Shown here piece after piece: positions 18,632 through 28,058 of a stretch of DNA of 64,000 nucleotides. Source of the stretch: an uncultured Pseudomonadota bacterium (GTDB lineage: Bacteria > Desulfobacterota > Binatia > Binatales > Binataceae); the NCBI GenBank assembly GCA_963804355.1, contig CAWDQC010000029.1:3319-67318 (forward strand), written 5' to 3'. Both the position numbers and the translations under genes were made by a program. Within the stretch, counting starts at the first letter, position 1. Each line of letters opens with the position of its first letter. A model generated the notes under the pieces. That model saw nothing but the letters and a program-made list of their open reading frames with translations, did no database searches and was not told the DNA's origin.

Positions 18632-20274
18632 CTGGTGGATTGCCGCAGGCTGAAGCCGCAACTATGGCGAACGAATCGGCGAAGATCGCGTTTCCTTCGA
18701 ATGGCGGCCCGCAAATCGAGCCGGAGGGGCGATCCGCTTCTGCTTTGCGGCAGTCGCTGCTGCGCTACTCACCGGCGATGATGCTGGTGATAATTGCGGT
18801 AGCGGACGCGGGGCGTTTCGCCGATCCCGACTTGTGGGGACATATCGTGTTTGGCCGCGGAATTCTCAGTAGCGGTCATCTGACGCGAATCGATCCCTAT
18901 TCATATTCGGCGGCCGGGCACGTATGGAGCGACCATGAGTGGCTGAGCGAAGTGGCGCTGGCGGCCTTCTATGGAGCGATGGGCGTGGTCGGCCTCAAAT
19001 TGATGAAATTCATATGCACGGCGGCCACGATCGTGCTGATCGCTTTAGGCCAGGCGGAAACCGGCGCCACGGTGAATACCCAGTTCGTGGTTTTGATCGT
19101 AACGGCGATGGCGCTGGGCCCGCAAATGCAGTTTCGGCCGCAACTGTTTACCTTCATTTTTCTTGCGGCGATGCTGTGGCTATTGGCGCGGGACAATTAC
19201 GGCAGACGCGCGCAGCTCTGGCTGATAATCCCGATGATGGCGCTATGGGTAAACTTCCACGGCGGGTTTTTCATCGGATTGGTGGTACTCGGGCTATACA
19301 CTGTCGTGGCGACGACGCGCGATCTGATTGAAGGTCGCGGTTGGCGTCACGGAATCGGACTCGCGGCGATAACCGTGGCTGCTGCGGCGGCGACCTTAGT
19401 GACACCGTATGGACTCGATAATTGGCGCGCGGTATCGCATACGCTGAACAATTCGATGACGCGGGGGCTGGTGATGGAATGGGAGCCGCTCCTGGTCGTG
19501 ATGCGTATCAGTACCCATTCCGCGCGATCGGTTTGGCTATTATACCTTGCGATTCTTGGTCTGATGGGGGCGCTCGTGGTGGCCTTCGCGTTGACCCCAC
19601 GCGGCGGTGATCTGCCGATGGTAACGATCGCGGCTTTGATGATCGTGGCGGCGTTTACCTCGGTGCGGAACATGGCGTTGGCGGTGATCGCGGTGAGCGG
19701 TCCACTTACGCGACACGCCATGCTGGTCGCCGCGCGATGGCGTGGTAATGCTCCGGCGCCTCCTGCTATTCCGCGACAGAGTTGCGGCAACCAAATAGTA
19801 ATGGCGCTAATCGCTGTTGCCGTGCTGGTCGAAACCGGGCTTTTCTCGCCGCGGCTCACGGAGGGTATACGCTATCCGGCGGGCGCGGTCGCGTTCATGC
19901 ATGCGCGGGGCTTGAAGGGAAATATTCTGTGCGACTTCAACTGGGGCGAATACCTGATATTTCACAGCGCGCCGGATTCCAAGGTCTTTATGGATAGTCG
20001 TTATGACTTGGTCTATCCGTCGAAGGTGATCCGGGATTACGTTGATTTTTATTTCGGCTTGCCGGGAGCGAATCGGGTAATAAATTCCTATCCGCACGAT
20101 TTCGTTTTGATTCCTCCGCACAGTGGCGCGTGGCCCGTGATGATCGCGCGAAAAGACTGGCGGCTGATTTATCGCGATCAGGACGCGGGCCTGTTTGCGC
20201 GCGTCGACTCGCCGATTGCACGCAGCGCGGGTGTCCCGGTGGTGAGCAAGGCGGCGACCGCCTATTTTCCATAA
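18628..20274 (+). CDS. Large polytopic membrane protein, paralog 3 of 3; ATGA overlap with paralog 2
   Basis: Intact 548 aa with ADPDLWGHIVFGRG, YSYSA, VNFHGGFFIGL, TPYG, RGGDLPMVTIAALM and SVRNMALAVIA. The C-terminal domain has FNWGEYLIFHSAPDSKVFMDSRYDLVYP and YPHDFVLIPP, ending in YFP. Confidence 0.8.
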   Translation: MTGGLPQAEAATMANESAKIAFPSNGGPQIEPEGRSASALRQSLLRYSPAMMLVIIAVADAGRFADPDLWGHIVFGRGILSSGHLTRIDPYSYSAAGHVWSDHEWLSEVALAAFYGAMGVVGLKLMKFICTAATIVLIALGQAETGATVNTQFVVLIVTAMALGPQMQFRPQLFTFIFLAAMLWLLARDNYGRRAQLWLIIPMMALWVNFHGGFFIGLVVLGLYTVVATTRDLIEGRGWRHGIGLAAITVAAAAATLVTPYGLDNWRAVSHTLNNSMTRGLVMEWEPLLVVMRISTHSARSVWLLYLAILGLMGALVVAFALTPRGGDLPMVTIAALMIVAAFTSVRNMALAVIAVSGPLTRHAMLVAARWRGNAPAPPAIPRQSCGNQIVMALIAVAVLVETGLFSPRLTEGIRYPAGAVAFMHARGLKGNILCDFNWGEYLIFHSAPDSKVFMDSRYDLVYPSKVIRDYVDFYFGLPGANRVINSYPHDFVLIPPHSGAWPVMIARKDWRLIYRDQDAGLFARVDSPIARSAGVPVVSKAATAYFP

Positions 20275-20353
20275 TGTCTGAGTTCGGGACGTTGATGCTC
20301 CGACATCTGGCGAAAATGCACTGGCTGATGGCATACTGGCGGCTGACCGTCGC

Positions 20354-20445
20354 GGAGAGGTGGCCGAGCCCGGTTTAAGGCGCACGCCTGGAGAGCGTGT
20401 AGACTCGAAAGGGTCTCGGGGGTTCAAATCCCCCCCTCTCCGCCA
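20354..20445 (+). tRNA. tRNA-Ser (anticodon GGA), 92 nt including CCA
   Basis: Acceptor stem GGAGAGG/CCTCTCC, D-arm GCC...GGC and anticodon stem CACGC/GCGTG with loop CTGGAGA. The long variable arm AGAC-TCGAAAGG-GTCT is typical of Ser tRNAs. T-arm GGGGG-TTCAAAT-CCCCC, discriminator G, 3' CCA. Confidence 0.9.
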
Positions 20446-20560
20446 GCACCATGGTGGCGGATGTCGATTAGAGGAAATAATATTTTGTCCCGGTTGAGAA
20501 TTGCCTGGACGCAACTGCAAGCAGACTACCAGTAGGATGAAACGACCAGGACAATCATCT

Positions 20561-20917
20561 ATGAAATTCAGCACGAGAATCGCAACGGCTTCGATAGCAC
20601 TGTCTATATTCGCGAGCGGGGCTTTTGCGCAGTCATCCGCGCCTGTCTCAAGTGCGGCGACACCTGCTGCCGCGGCAACGGCGACGCCGGCTGCGGCCCC
20701 GGCGGCCAACACCGCCGTCAAGGTGAAGTCGATCAAAAGACGCTATCTGTTGACTCACAGCTCGTCCGTCTACAGTCAGCCGGACAAGGGCAGTACGGTC
20801 ATTGCCCACGTCAAGCGGAGGAATCACGTCAACGTTACGGGCGTGACCGGCGATTGGCTACAGATCCATCTATCGAGCGGTAAAGAAGGCTATATCCCAG
20901 CGAGCGCGGCTGAGTAG
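20561..20917 (+). CDS. Secreted SH3b-domain protein
   Basis: Signal peptide MKFSTRIATASIALSIFASGAFA, an Ala/Pro/Thr-rich linker and a C-terminal domain ...SVYSQPDKGSTVIAHVKRRNHVNVTGVTGDWLQIHLSSGKEGYIPASA (bacterial SH3-like). Confidence 0.65.
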   Translation: MKFSTRIATASIALSIFASGAFAQSSAPVSSAATPAAAATATPAAAPAANTAVKVKSIKRRYLLTHSSSVYSQPDKGSTVIAHVKRRNHVNVTGVTGDWLQIHLSSGKEGYIPASAAE

Positions 20918-20950
20918 TTACTCGTCGTTGGCATTTATCAGTTGAGAGTT

Positions 20951-20992
20951 GGCTCGGGACGACCGATGGTCGCGACGTCCCGAGCCTTTTTC
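20951..20992 (+). terminator. Rho-independent terminator after the SH3b gene
   Basis: GCTCGGGACG...CGTCCCGAGC stem followed by CTTTTT. Confidence 0.75.
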
Positions 20993-21041
20993 TATTCATT
21001 GCTCGAGTCTTGGGAACATTCGGACTGACTAGATATTGCGA

Positions 21042-22468
21042 CTATTTAGCCTGAGCGCTGATCGAAGACCAGCTCGCGGGGTCAGCGCCAGGTTGCTTCG
21101 CCTCGTACCTGTACGCCGCGGCCGGATGATTTTCCGGAAGGCGCGCGCGTCCCACGCCATAGAGTTTTTCACGTAAGGTTCCCGGTCGATACTCACGCTT
21201 GTAGACGCCGCGGCGTTGCAATTCAGGGACGACCAGCTCGACGAAATCTGAAAAACTCTCGGGTGTAACCGCGTATGCAAGGTTGAAACCGTCCACATCG
21301 GTTTCAGCGATCCACGACTGCAACTGGTCGGCGATCGAGGTGGGCGAGCCGACGACGATCGCACCCATCCCACCGATTCCGACGAACTCCGCGATCTCAC
21401 GTACGGTCCAGACCCGGTTCGGGTCACCGATCGTGAACGCCTCAACGGCCGAGTTGATTGCGTCGTTCTTGATATACTCAATCGGGTCGTCGAGGTCGAA
21501 GCGCGAGAAATCAACTCCGGTCCATCCGGAGAAGAGAGTCGAGAGCACCCTCGTGGCTTATGTAAGATCGGTACTCCGCGAATTTATCCTGCGCTTCGGC
21601 GTCGGTGCGTCCGGGAATCACCGTCATCAGATTGAAGATCAGGATCTCTCTAGGGTCGCGTCCATAGTGCAGCGCCCGTTGCCGAAGGTCGCGAACGCGT
21701 GGCGCAATGACCTCCTTTGAAGGCCCCAGCAGGAATACGCACTCGGCATGTTTGGCGGCAAACTCCCGGCCCATCGTCGAGGCTCCGGCCTGGTACAATA
21801 CGGGCGTTCGTTGCGGCGATGGTTCGGATAGATGTATCGCGTCGACGCGAAAGTTGGGGCCTTCGTGCAGGATCCGATGTACTTTGTCCGGGCGGCTGAA
21901 GATGCGATTCGCGCGATCGCGAACGACCGCGTCGTCTTCCCAGCTACCTTCCCATAGCTTGTACATCACTTCCATATACTCATTCGCCACTTCGTAGCGG
22001 GTGTCGTGAGCAGTCTGATTATCCAGACCGATACCTTTCGCAGCACTATTCAAGTAGCCGGTGACGATGTTCCATCCGGCGCGGCCGTCGGTGAGATGAT
22101 CGAGGGTCGACATGCGTCGCGCGAAGGGATACGGAGGTTCGAACGAGAGCGTGCAGGTCACGCCGAAACCGAGATTGCGCGTGACACGCGGCCATCGGGG
22201 GGATCACGAGTACCGGGTCATTCAATGGCAACTGAGCGGCGGTCTTCACCGCCGTATCCACGTTGCCGCCATAGACGTCGTAGACTCCGAGAACATCGGC
22301 AATAAAGAGTCCGTCGAACTTGCCGCTCTCGAGGATTTGCGCAAGGTCGATCCAATAGTCGAGTCGCGCATATTGATCGGCGCGGTCGCGCGGATGAGCC
22401 CAGAGGCCGGCCGATTGATGCACGACGCAGTTCATATCGAACGCATTGAGACGAATTTCTTTGCTCAT
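21042..22468 (-). CDS. FMN-dependent LLM-class monooxygenase, NtaA/SnaA/DszA family; at least 3 frameshifts; degraded paralog of the gene at 29626-31074
   Basis: Fragments MSKEIRLNAFDMNCVVHQSAGLWAHPRDRADQYARLDYWIDLAQILESGKFDGLFIADVLGVYDVYGG (N-terminal), CTLSFEPPYPFARRMSTLDHLTDGRAGWNIVTGYLNSAAKGIGLD...VYKLWEGSWEDDAVVRDR (middle) and LFSGWTGVDFSRFDLDDPI...VDGFNLAYAVTPESFSDFVELVVPELQRRGVYKREYRPGTLREKL (C-terminal). All are colinear with, and about 70% identical to, the intact paralog. Confidence 0.8.
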
Positions 22469-22490
22469 GATCTTTTCCGATTTAATCGCG

Positions 22491-23848
22491 TCAACGGAGA
22501 ATCTGCATCAATCCGGAGGGCGAACCGTAATTGACGCCATTCTGATATTCCTCAGGCGTCAGGCGATTGAGATAATGACCGCGATGCTGCGGATTGCCCC
22601 ACGGACTCCAGATGGTTGCGTGGGTATTTTGTAGATCCCAGTTGACCGCGGCAACCCCAACCCATACGTGGCCAAGGCTGGGAACGTCTCCGGTGGCGTT
22701 CTCATAAGCGGCGACCTTCCATAGTTTATGGTTAGCGTCGAAGAGATCGACCCAGTAGGGCAGCCAGAATTCCTTGTCGACCCAGAGCACGCGATTGCCG
22801 TAGCAATAGCCTTTGGTTTCGCTCTGAATACGATGCGCGTCGATCACGGAGGCATCGCGTACTTCCCACTTGCCCCAACTTGGTTTGGGAAAGCCCAGCG
22901 GCATGTCGTAGTTTCCCGGGAATTCTCCACTGGAGTTGTTGAGCTGCACCAGTTCGATTTGCTTGCGATCGCCTAGATAGTCAGCGTCGAAAATCGCGGT
23001 GCCGCCGTTGAAGCCGTTGATCTTCGCGTCATCGTTAGTCCATTCACTGCCGAACAGCGGCGCGCAACGAGCGGAGGCCGAAAGACGCAGTGAGCGACGG
23101 AGAGACGGCACGAATACATAGTTGTCGGGAACCTGATGCGCTTCCTGGTCTTTGTAGTAGAGCGCGAGAGTAGTGGTATAGCGCGCCTGCTCGGGAGTTT
23201 CTTCCATGAACCACTCGGTATACCAGGTGCCGGGAGCGTAAGTTTCGTCAGGTGGAAAGCCGGCGTCGGTATCCCATCCGCTCTGGCGATAGATAAGGTC
23301 GAAAGTATCCTGGGAGACGTTGCCGAAGCGATCGACGAACCAGATCGCGGAGGTGTTTTCAGGGCCCGCGCCAAAAATCGCCGGTGCATGCGCAAAGAAG
23401 ACATTGGCCAGGATCTTGAAGCCCTTTTGCGGTTCTTGCGGATCAGGAAAGACGAACACCGCCGTGGTAGTTGTCGATCTTGAAATGCCCGTTAGGCAAC
23501 ACCTCGACGCGGTCCTGTCCGCCGTATTTTTCGGTCGCCTCGATCCAGGTCTTGGGCAGATTCCCGATAGCGCGCGGGGCCGATGTCGATTTCGACATCC
23601 TGGGGCATCTGCCACTGGTAGCGTCCCTCGAACAGTTTGACCATGCCGAACGGCATGAAGGCCTTGTACTGCTGCCAGTTGGCGTTGGTGATCTTGGTTC
23701 CGATTGGCGGCGGGGGTCCCTGATTGGCGGTTTCCTTGAGGAAACTATCCAGTTCGCTGCGATCGGTGCTGGTCTGCGCCCACAGAAGCGACGGCAGCAG
23801 CAGGGCAAACAGCCCGATTCCGAAAAAGAGTCGTCCGAATTTACTCAC
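22491..23848 (-). CDS. DUF1329 domain secreted protein (LolA-like; usually partnered with DUF1302); one or two frameshifts near 23500-23620
   Basis: GTG start with RBS GAGGAGAAAC. Signal peptide MSKFGRLFFGIGLFALLLPSLLWAQ. ...ITNANWQQYKAFMPFGMVKLFEGRYQWQMPQDVEIDIGP is typical of DUF1329 N-termini. The body continues in ORF 22491-23615 (...YCYGNRVLWVDKEFWLPYWVDLFD...). Confidence 0.7.
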
Positions 23849-24002
23849 GTGTTTCTCCTCCTATGAATCAATTAAATCGATTGAACTAGTCGATAAATTA
23901 GCGATATCAGCCGACGCTCTGAAAGCGGAACAAAGCCGCGGTCTGGCCGGGAAACGTGCTGCCCTTTCCCTAGGACATGATGGCTGTAGGGCGGGAACCC
24001 TC

Positions 24003-24263
24003 TTATTTCTTCAAGAGGCGTGCGGCGGCGGAGATGTACGGTGTCAGCAGCGCGAATGCCAGGAACAACGCTGCTCGTACATCCCTGGCGGTACAAAGAA
24101 CCATGGCGCAAACGGACGATTCATCAGATTCGAGTTGCGACTTATCGCGAAGTGGGGGCAGACGAGTACAGGCCGAGAAAAGTGCGAGCGAGCCGTCTAT
24201 GGCGTCGGGCGTCATCTGGACCCTGTTTACGAGGCTGTCGTCTCGGTCGTCGAAGGAAGTCAT
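24003..24263 (-). CDS. Hypothetical small protein (87 aa) with a C-terminal hydrophobic segment, lying between rrf2 and the DUF1329 gene
   Basis: MTSFDDRDDSLVNRVQMTPDAIDGSLALFSACTRLPPLRDKSQLESDESSVCAMVLCTARDVRAALFLAFALLTPYISAAARLLKK. Third-position GC bias is consistent with coding. It has no recognisable homology, and the local region is lower-GC. Confidence 0.3.
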   Translation of the reverse strand: MTSFDDRDDSLVNRVQMTPDAIDGSLALFSACTRLPPLRDKSQLESDESSVCAMVLCTARDVRAALFLAFALLTPYISAAARLLKK

Positions 24264-24386
24264 AGTGCTCACCTGGCATATACTCGTTGAAGACGATTGA
24301 TTTAATCGATTAATAGAATAACTGTCAAGCGTCAATCGACATGCAGGTCGGAAAACGTCGAGAACCGAGCGGAGTGGCTGATTGTC

Positions 24387-24866
24387 AGGTCGGATGGAGA
24401 GGCGAATTAGATCGAGTAGGTGAGTGCGCGTGCGTCTTTGCGGATCGATCTCGGCAGCGGCCGAGAACCTCGGCAAAGGTAGTGGAATCGAGAATCGCGG
24501 CGGTAGCGTCTCTCACTTCTTTCATCAGCAGACGAATCCCGCAGGTCCGCTCGTCACGGCACTCCGCGCATTTCTCGTATGCGGTCTTGCTGACGCAGGG
24601 CAGGGGAGCCGGGGCCTTCGAGCATCCTGAGGACGTGTCCGACTGACAGCAGGTCGGGCGGTTTGCTCAGTATATAGCCGCCACCCTTTCCTTTTTTGCT
24701 ACGAAGTACACCCTGATTCTTGAGTTCGAGCAGAATCGAGTTCGAGGAAGCGCTTCGGAATATGCTCGCGCTCGGCAATTTCGGCGATAAGGAGGGGCCC
24801 ATTGCCGTACTCTTCGCTCAAGACGAGGAGCGCCTTGAGAGCATACTTGGATTTATGCGAAAGCAT
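24387..24866 (-). CDS. Rrf2 family transcriptional regulator (three-Cys, Fe-S cluster type, IscR/NsrR-like); about 2 frameshifts
   Basis: MLSHKSKYALKALLVLSEEYGNGPLL (HTH N-terminus), ILLELKNQGVLRSKKGKGGGYILSKPPDLLSVGHVLRMLEGP (ORF 24554-24802) and the C-terminal PCVSKTAYEKCAECRDERTCGIRLLMKEVRDATAAILDSTTFAEVL, which carries a CX6CX6C ligand set. Confidence 0.75.
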
Positions 24867-25001
24867 CCCGATGGTTTATATCGATTTTGTTGAGATAACG
24901 CACTACCTGAACCAATACCGACCAAGTCTGAGGATGGGCTTTGATAGGCCTGATCCTTAATGTTCGCGCTGGTATGGGAAGCGCAAGGAATCCGGCGAGA
25001 A

Positions 25002-25839
25002 TCACGCACGATAGAAGGGCTTATCGCCTGCGATAGTGACGCGGTTGCCGTAGCGATGGTGGGGATAGTAGTCCCAGAGCGCCTGGTGCTGCGCGCACGG
25101 TTGTCCCAGAATGCGATCGAATTCGGCCGCCACTGGAAACGGCAGTTGAAATGTCGGGGTTTTCGATATGCCGGAAGAGCATCTGGAGGATGCTCGTCGT
25201 TCTCCGAATTGGCAAGTTGCGCGATGCGCGTGGTGAACATGCGGTTGACGAACAGGGCTTTGCGGCCGGTCTCCGGATGGGTCCGCACCACCGGGTGTTC
25301 CGCCGCGGGGAAATTCGGCGGTGTTCCCGCCGGACGCGGTGTTCATAGTTGCGCGGCAGGCCATCGTGAATGGCGGTGAGGCCGCAGAGAAACGCCTTGA
25401 TCGGTCCGATAGCGCCTCGTATGCCGCGTACATACTGGCGAAGAGCGTGTCGCCTCCAGCGCGATGGCACTTCCTTGATGTAAAAAATCGAACCCATGGG
25501 CGGCTCGGCATCGCAGGAGACGTCCGAATGCCAGTGTTAGCCGGCGATACGCCTGGAATTTTCATCCGTCTTGATAACGACGATTTCCGGATGGCCTTCG
25601 AGAACCCCGGCGGCGCGTTCGGATGGATGTGGAGTCGGCCGAAGCGGCGGCCGAATGACTTATGCTGGTCGGGGGTCAGCGTCTTGATCCCTGAAGAAGA
25701 TCACCAGGTTGTCGAGCAAGGCGTCGTGGATTTCAGCAAAAACGCCGGCGCTCAATGGAATTGAGAGATCGACTCCATCGAGTTCCGCGCCGATACGCGG
25801 TGTCAGCTTGCGCACCGAAAAGGAACTTTGCGTCATTGC
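25002..25839 (-). CDS. tauD: TauD/TfdA family alpha-ketoglutarate-dependent dioxygenase (taurine dioxygenase-like); at least 4 frameshifts
   Basis: N-terminal MTQSSFSVRKLTPRIGAELDGVDLSIPLSAGV (reverse-strand reading of 25741-25839). Central ...GSIFYIKEVP... and ...HRAGGDTLFASMYAAYEALSDRSRRF (TauD motif GGDTxFAxMxAAYEALS) sit in different frames. Confidence 0.7.
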
Positions 25840-25856
25840 TTTCAGCCGAAAACTGG

Positions 25857-26966
25857 TCAGGCCGTCGCGCGCAATCGCGCACCGATACTGGTCTCGCGGC
25901 GGGCGACCTCGGCGCGCACCAATGGAATCAGCTCGCGCCCGTAATCGATTACATCCTCGAGCGGATCGAAACCGCGAATGAGGAAGGTAGTCACTCCGAG
26001 TTTATAATATTCGATGAGTGCTTCGGCCACCTGCTCTGGTGTACCGACCAATGCGGTGGTATTGCCGCGCGCGCCGGTCGCTTCGGCCACCGCGGTCCAT
26101 AGGCGACGATCGCGAATCGCACCTTTTTCGGCGGCACGGAGCAGCCGTTGCGATCCGACGTTCTGCGGCTTTCGACTTGCGGGGCCGAGGGCAGCCTGCC
26201 CGCGCGAAGCTTGAACCGTGGCGAGAATCCGGCCCGCTCTTTCCCAGGCCTGCTCTTCCGTCACGGCCAGAATCGGACGCAGCGAAAGGCTGAACCTCAA
26301 CTCGCGTCCGTGACGCGCCGCCGCCTCGCGTACCCTGCGAATCGTCTCGGCCGCATCGGCGAGCGGCTCGCCCCACAATGCGTAGATGTCAGCGTGCCTG
26401 GCCGCCACTTCGATCGCGGCATCGGAGGCGCCGCCAAAATATATCGGCAGATGCGGCTGCTGTACCGGCTTCACATCGGAATACGCCTTGGTGAACTTGT
26501 AGTACTTGCCCGCGTGGTCAATCGGCCGCGCACTCGTCCATATGCGCTTCAGAATCTCGACATACTCATCGGTGCGCGCGTAACGCTCGTCGTGCTCGAG
26601 GTAATCGCCGTGTTTTCTCTGCTCGCCGTCATCGCCGCCGGAGATAATGTGGACCGCGAGTCGTCCCTGGGAAAATTGGTCGAGCGTCGCGAGCTTTCGC
26701 GCCGCCAGTGTGGGCGCAACGAAACCGGGGCGATGCGCCAGCATAAAGCCCAGTCGCTCGGTCACGAAAGCCGCGTAGGAAGTTACGATGAAGCCGTCGG
26801 CGCCGTTGCCGAAGTAGCCAATTAGGATACGGTCGAAGTCGGCATCCTCATGCGCCTGGACGAAACGGCGAACGTAGTCGCGGTCAATCGCCGGCGGTTT
26901 CGGTGGATGAATCTCGGAGACGACCTGCGTTCCAATCATGCCGATGAACTCGACTGCCATCGCCAT
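25857..26966 (-). CDS. ssuD: LLM-class flavin-dependent monooxygenase, SsuD-like alkanesulfonate monooxygenase
   Basis: Intact 369 aa, colinear with SsuD: ...HRPGFVAPTLAARKLATLDQFSQGRLAVHIISGGDDGEQRKHGDYLEHDERYARTDEYVEILKRIW...PIYFGGASDAAIEVAARHADIYALWGEP...TALVGTPEQVAEALIEYYKLGVTTFLIRGFDPLED. Confidence 0.85.
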   Translation of the reverse strand: MAMAVEFIGMIGTQVVSEIHPPKPPAIDRDYVRRFVQAHEDADFDRILIGYFGNGADGFIVTSYAAFVTERLGFMLAHRPGFVAPTLAARKLATLDQFSQGRLAVHIISGGDDGEQRKHGDYLEHDERYARTDEYVEILKRIWTSARPIDHAGKYYKFTKAYSDVKPVQQPHLPIYFGGASDAAIEVAARHADIYALWGEPLADAAETIRRVREAAARHGRELRFSLSLRPILAVTEEQAWERAGRILATVQASRGQAALGPASRKPQNVGSQRLLRAAEKGAIRDRRLWTAVAEATGARGNTTALVGTPEQVAEALIEYYKLGVTTFLIRGFDPLEDVIDYGRELIPLVRAEVARRETSIGARLRATA

Positions 26967-27077
26967 CCTCCATCAACCGGCTGGTTCGGCGGACAAACGT
27001 GCTCGTTGATTGTATCCGCTAGCAGTGAATGGGGCTCACCGCTAGCGGACGATAGATTGACTTAGCGCCGCTCTTCT

Positions 27078-27934
27078 TCAGGCCAGAAGACCAATGCACG
27101 AACCTCGACGCTTTCCCGGGGGGCCGCATCGGGCCGCTGCTGGATCTTCGAAAGCCGTGTGAGCGGTGAAGCGCGCCCGCCCATCTTCCTTCGAATCGTA
27201 GCACTTGAGCAGAATCGCTTCGTTGCGCTGCAACAGCGGGAAATAGTACCAGCGGTGATTCGGATTGAATTTGAAGCGATAGGTCTCGCCGACTTTATCG
27301 CGATAGATGAGGTCGGATGCGACGAAGTCGACCGGATCGATCGAACCGGCGTCGCATACCGCGAGCGGCGTGGATTCGATCGGTCCGCGAATCGGACGCC
27401 ATACGTTGATCTCGGCGAAGCGATGGCGCAGGCGTTCCTCGGCTTCCGCTGGTGGCAGATGGTCGGTCACGCGCCGCGGACCGGATTTCGCCGTGTAGTC
27501 ATTGTGAACCACTTTGCCATACTCGCGAGCGTTCTTTTCGCCGCGTTGCGCGAGCGGAAACGTTGCTATCTGATGGTCGAGAAGATCACCACTTTCGAGG
27601 CGCCGGTCGCTTCCTTGAGCATGCGTTCGACCTCGGGATAGTAAACCTGCTTCACCTCTTCGGGGTCGTAGAAATCCTTGACGGAAGTCTCGTGGCGCAC
27701 CAATTCGAAGCCCTGCTTGTCGAGCGAGAGTTCGTCGACGACGTCGCGAGCATTCCTGACCGGCACCGGTTGCTGGGCGAATTTACCGGTCTGCCGCGGC
27801 ACACCAGTCGGCGGCTCGTAGGCATAGTAGACGGGTTTTTCCGTTGAATCGGCGAGGTAATTGAGCGACGCCTCGACGATGTTGTGGGTGCGATTGTCGA
27901 CGCCCAGCGGTTGATTTTCATTGAGTCTGTCCAT
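27078..27934 (-). CDS. CmcJ/NvfI family oxidoreductase (7-alpha-cephem-methoxylase P8-chain-related); one frameshift near 27520-27565
   Basis: N-terminal MDRLNENQPLGVDNRTHNIVEASLNYLADSTEKPVYYAYEPPTGVPRQTGKF...VKDFYDPEEVKQVYYPEVERMLKEATGASKVVIFS. C-terminal ...FAEINVWRPIRGPIESTPLAVCDAGSIDPVDFVASDLIYRDKVGETYRFKFNPNHRWYYFPLLQRNEAILLKCYDSKEDGRARFTAHTAFEDP. Confidence 0.7.
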
Positions 27935-28058
27935 CGAAAAGCTCCTTAATTTGCCGCCACACTACATCAATCGAATTCTCGATTGATTTACTTGACTAAT
28001 AACGCATCAAATCTTTCGGTGTCAATGCACGGCGTCAGAGAATCCCCTGCGGTGACGA

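Noticed and set aside
19807-20736. 309-aa minus-strand ORF (and 19347-19859) overlapping paralog 3 and the tRNA-Ser
   Set aside because: It is antisense to a well-supported membrane-protein gene and runs straight through a tRNA gene. The sequence is Arg/Ala-rich and typical of a high-GC antisense ORF.
23724-24300. Plus-strand ORFs of 188 and 107 aa between the DUF1329 and rrf2 genes
   Set aside because: Low-complexity sequence rich in Ser, Arg and Cys, with no RBS. A more plausible minus-strand small ORF and the operator-like palindromes account for the region.
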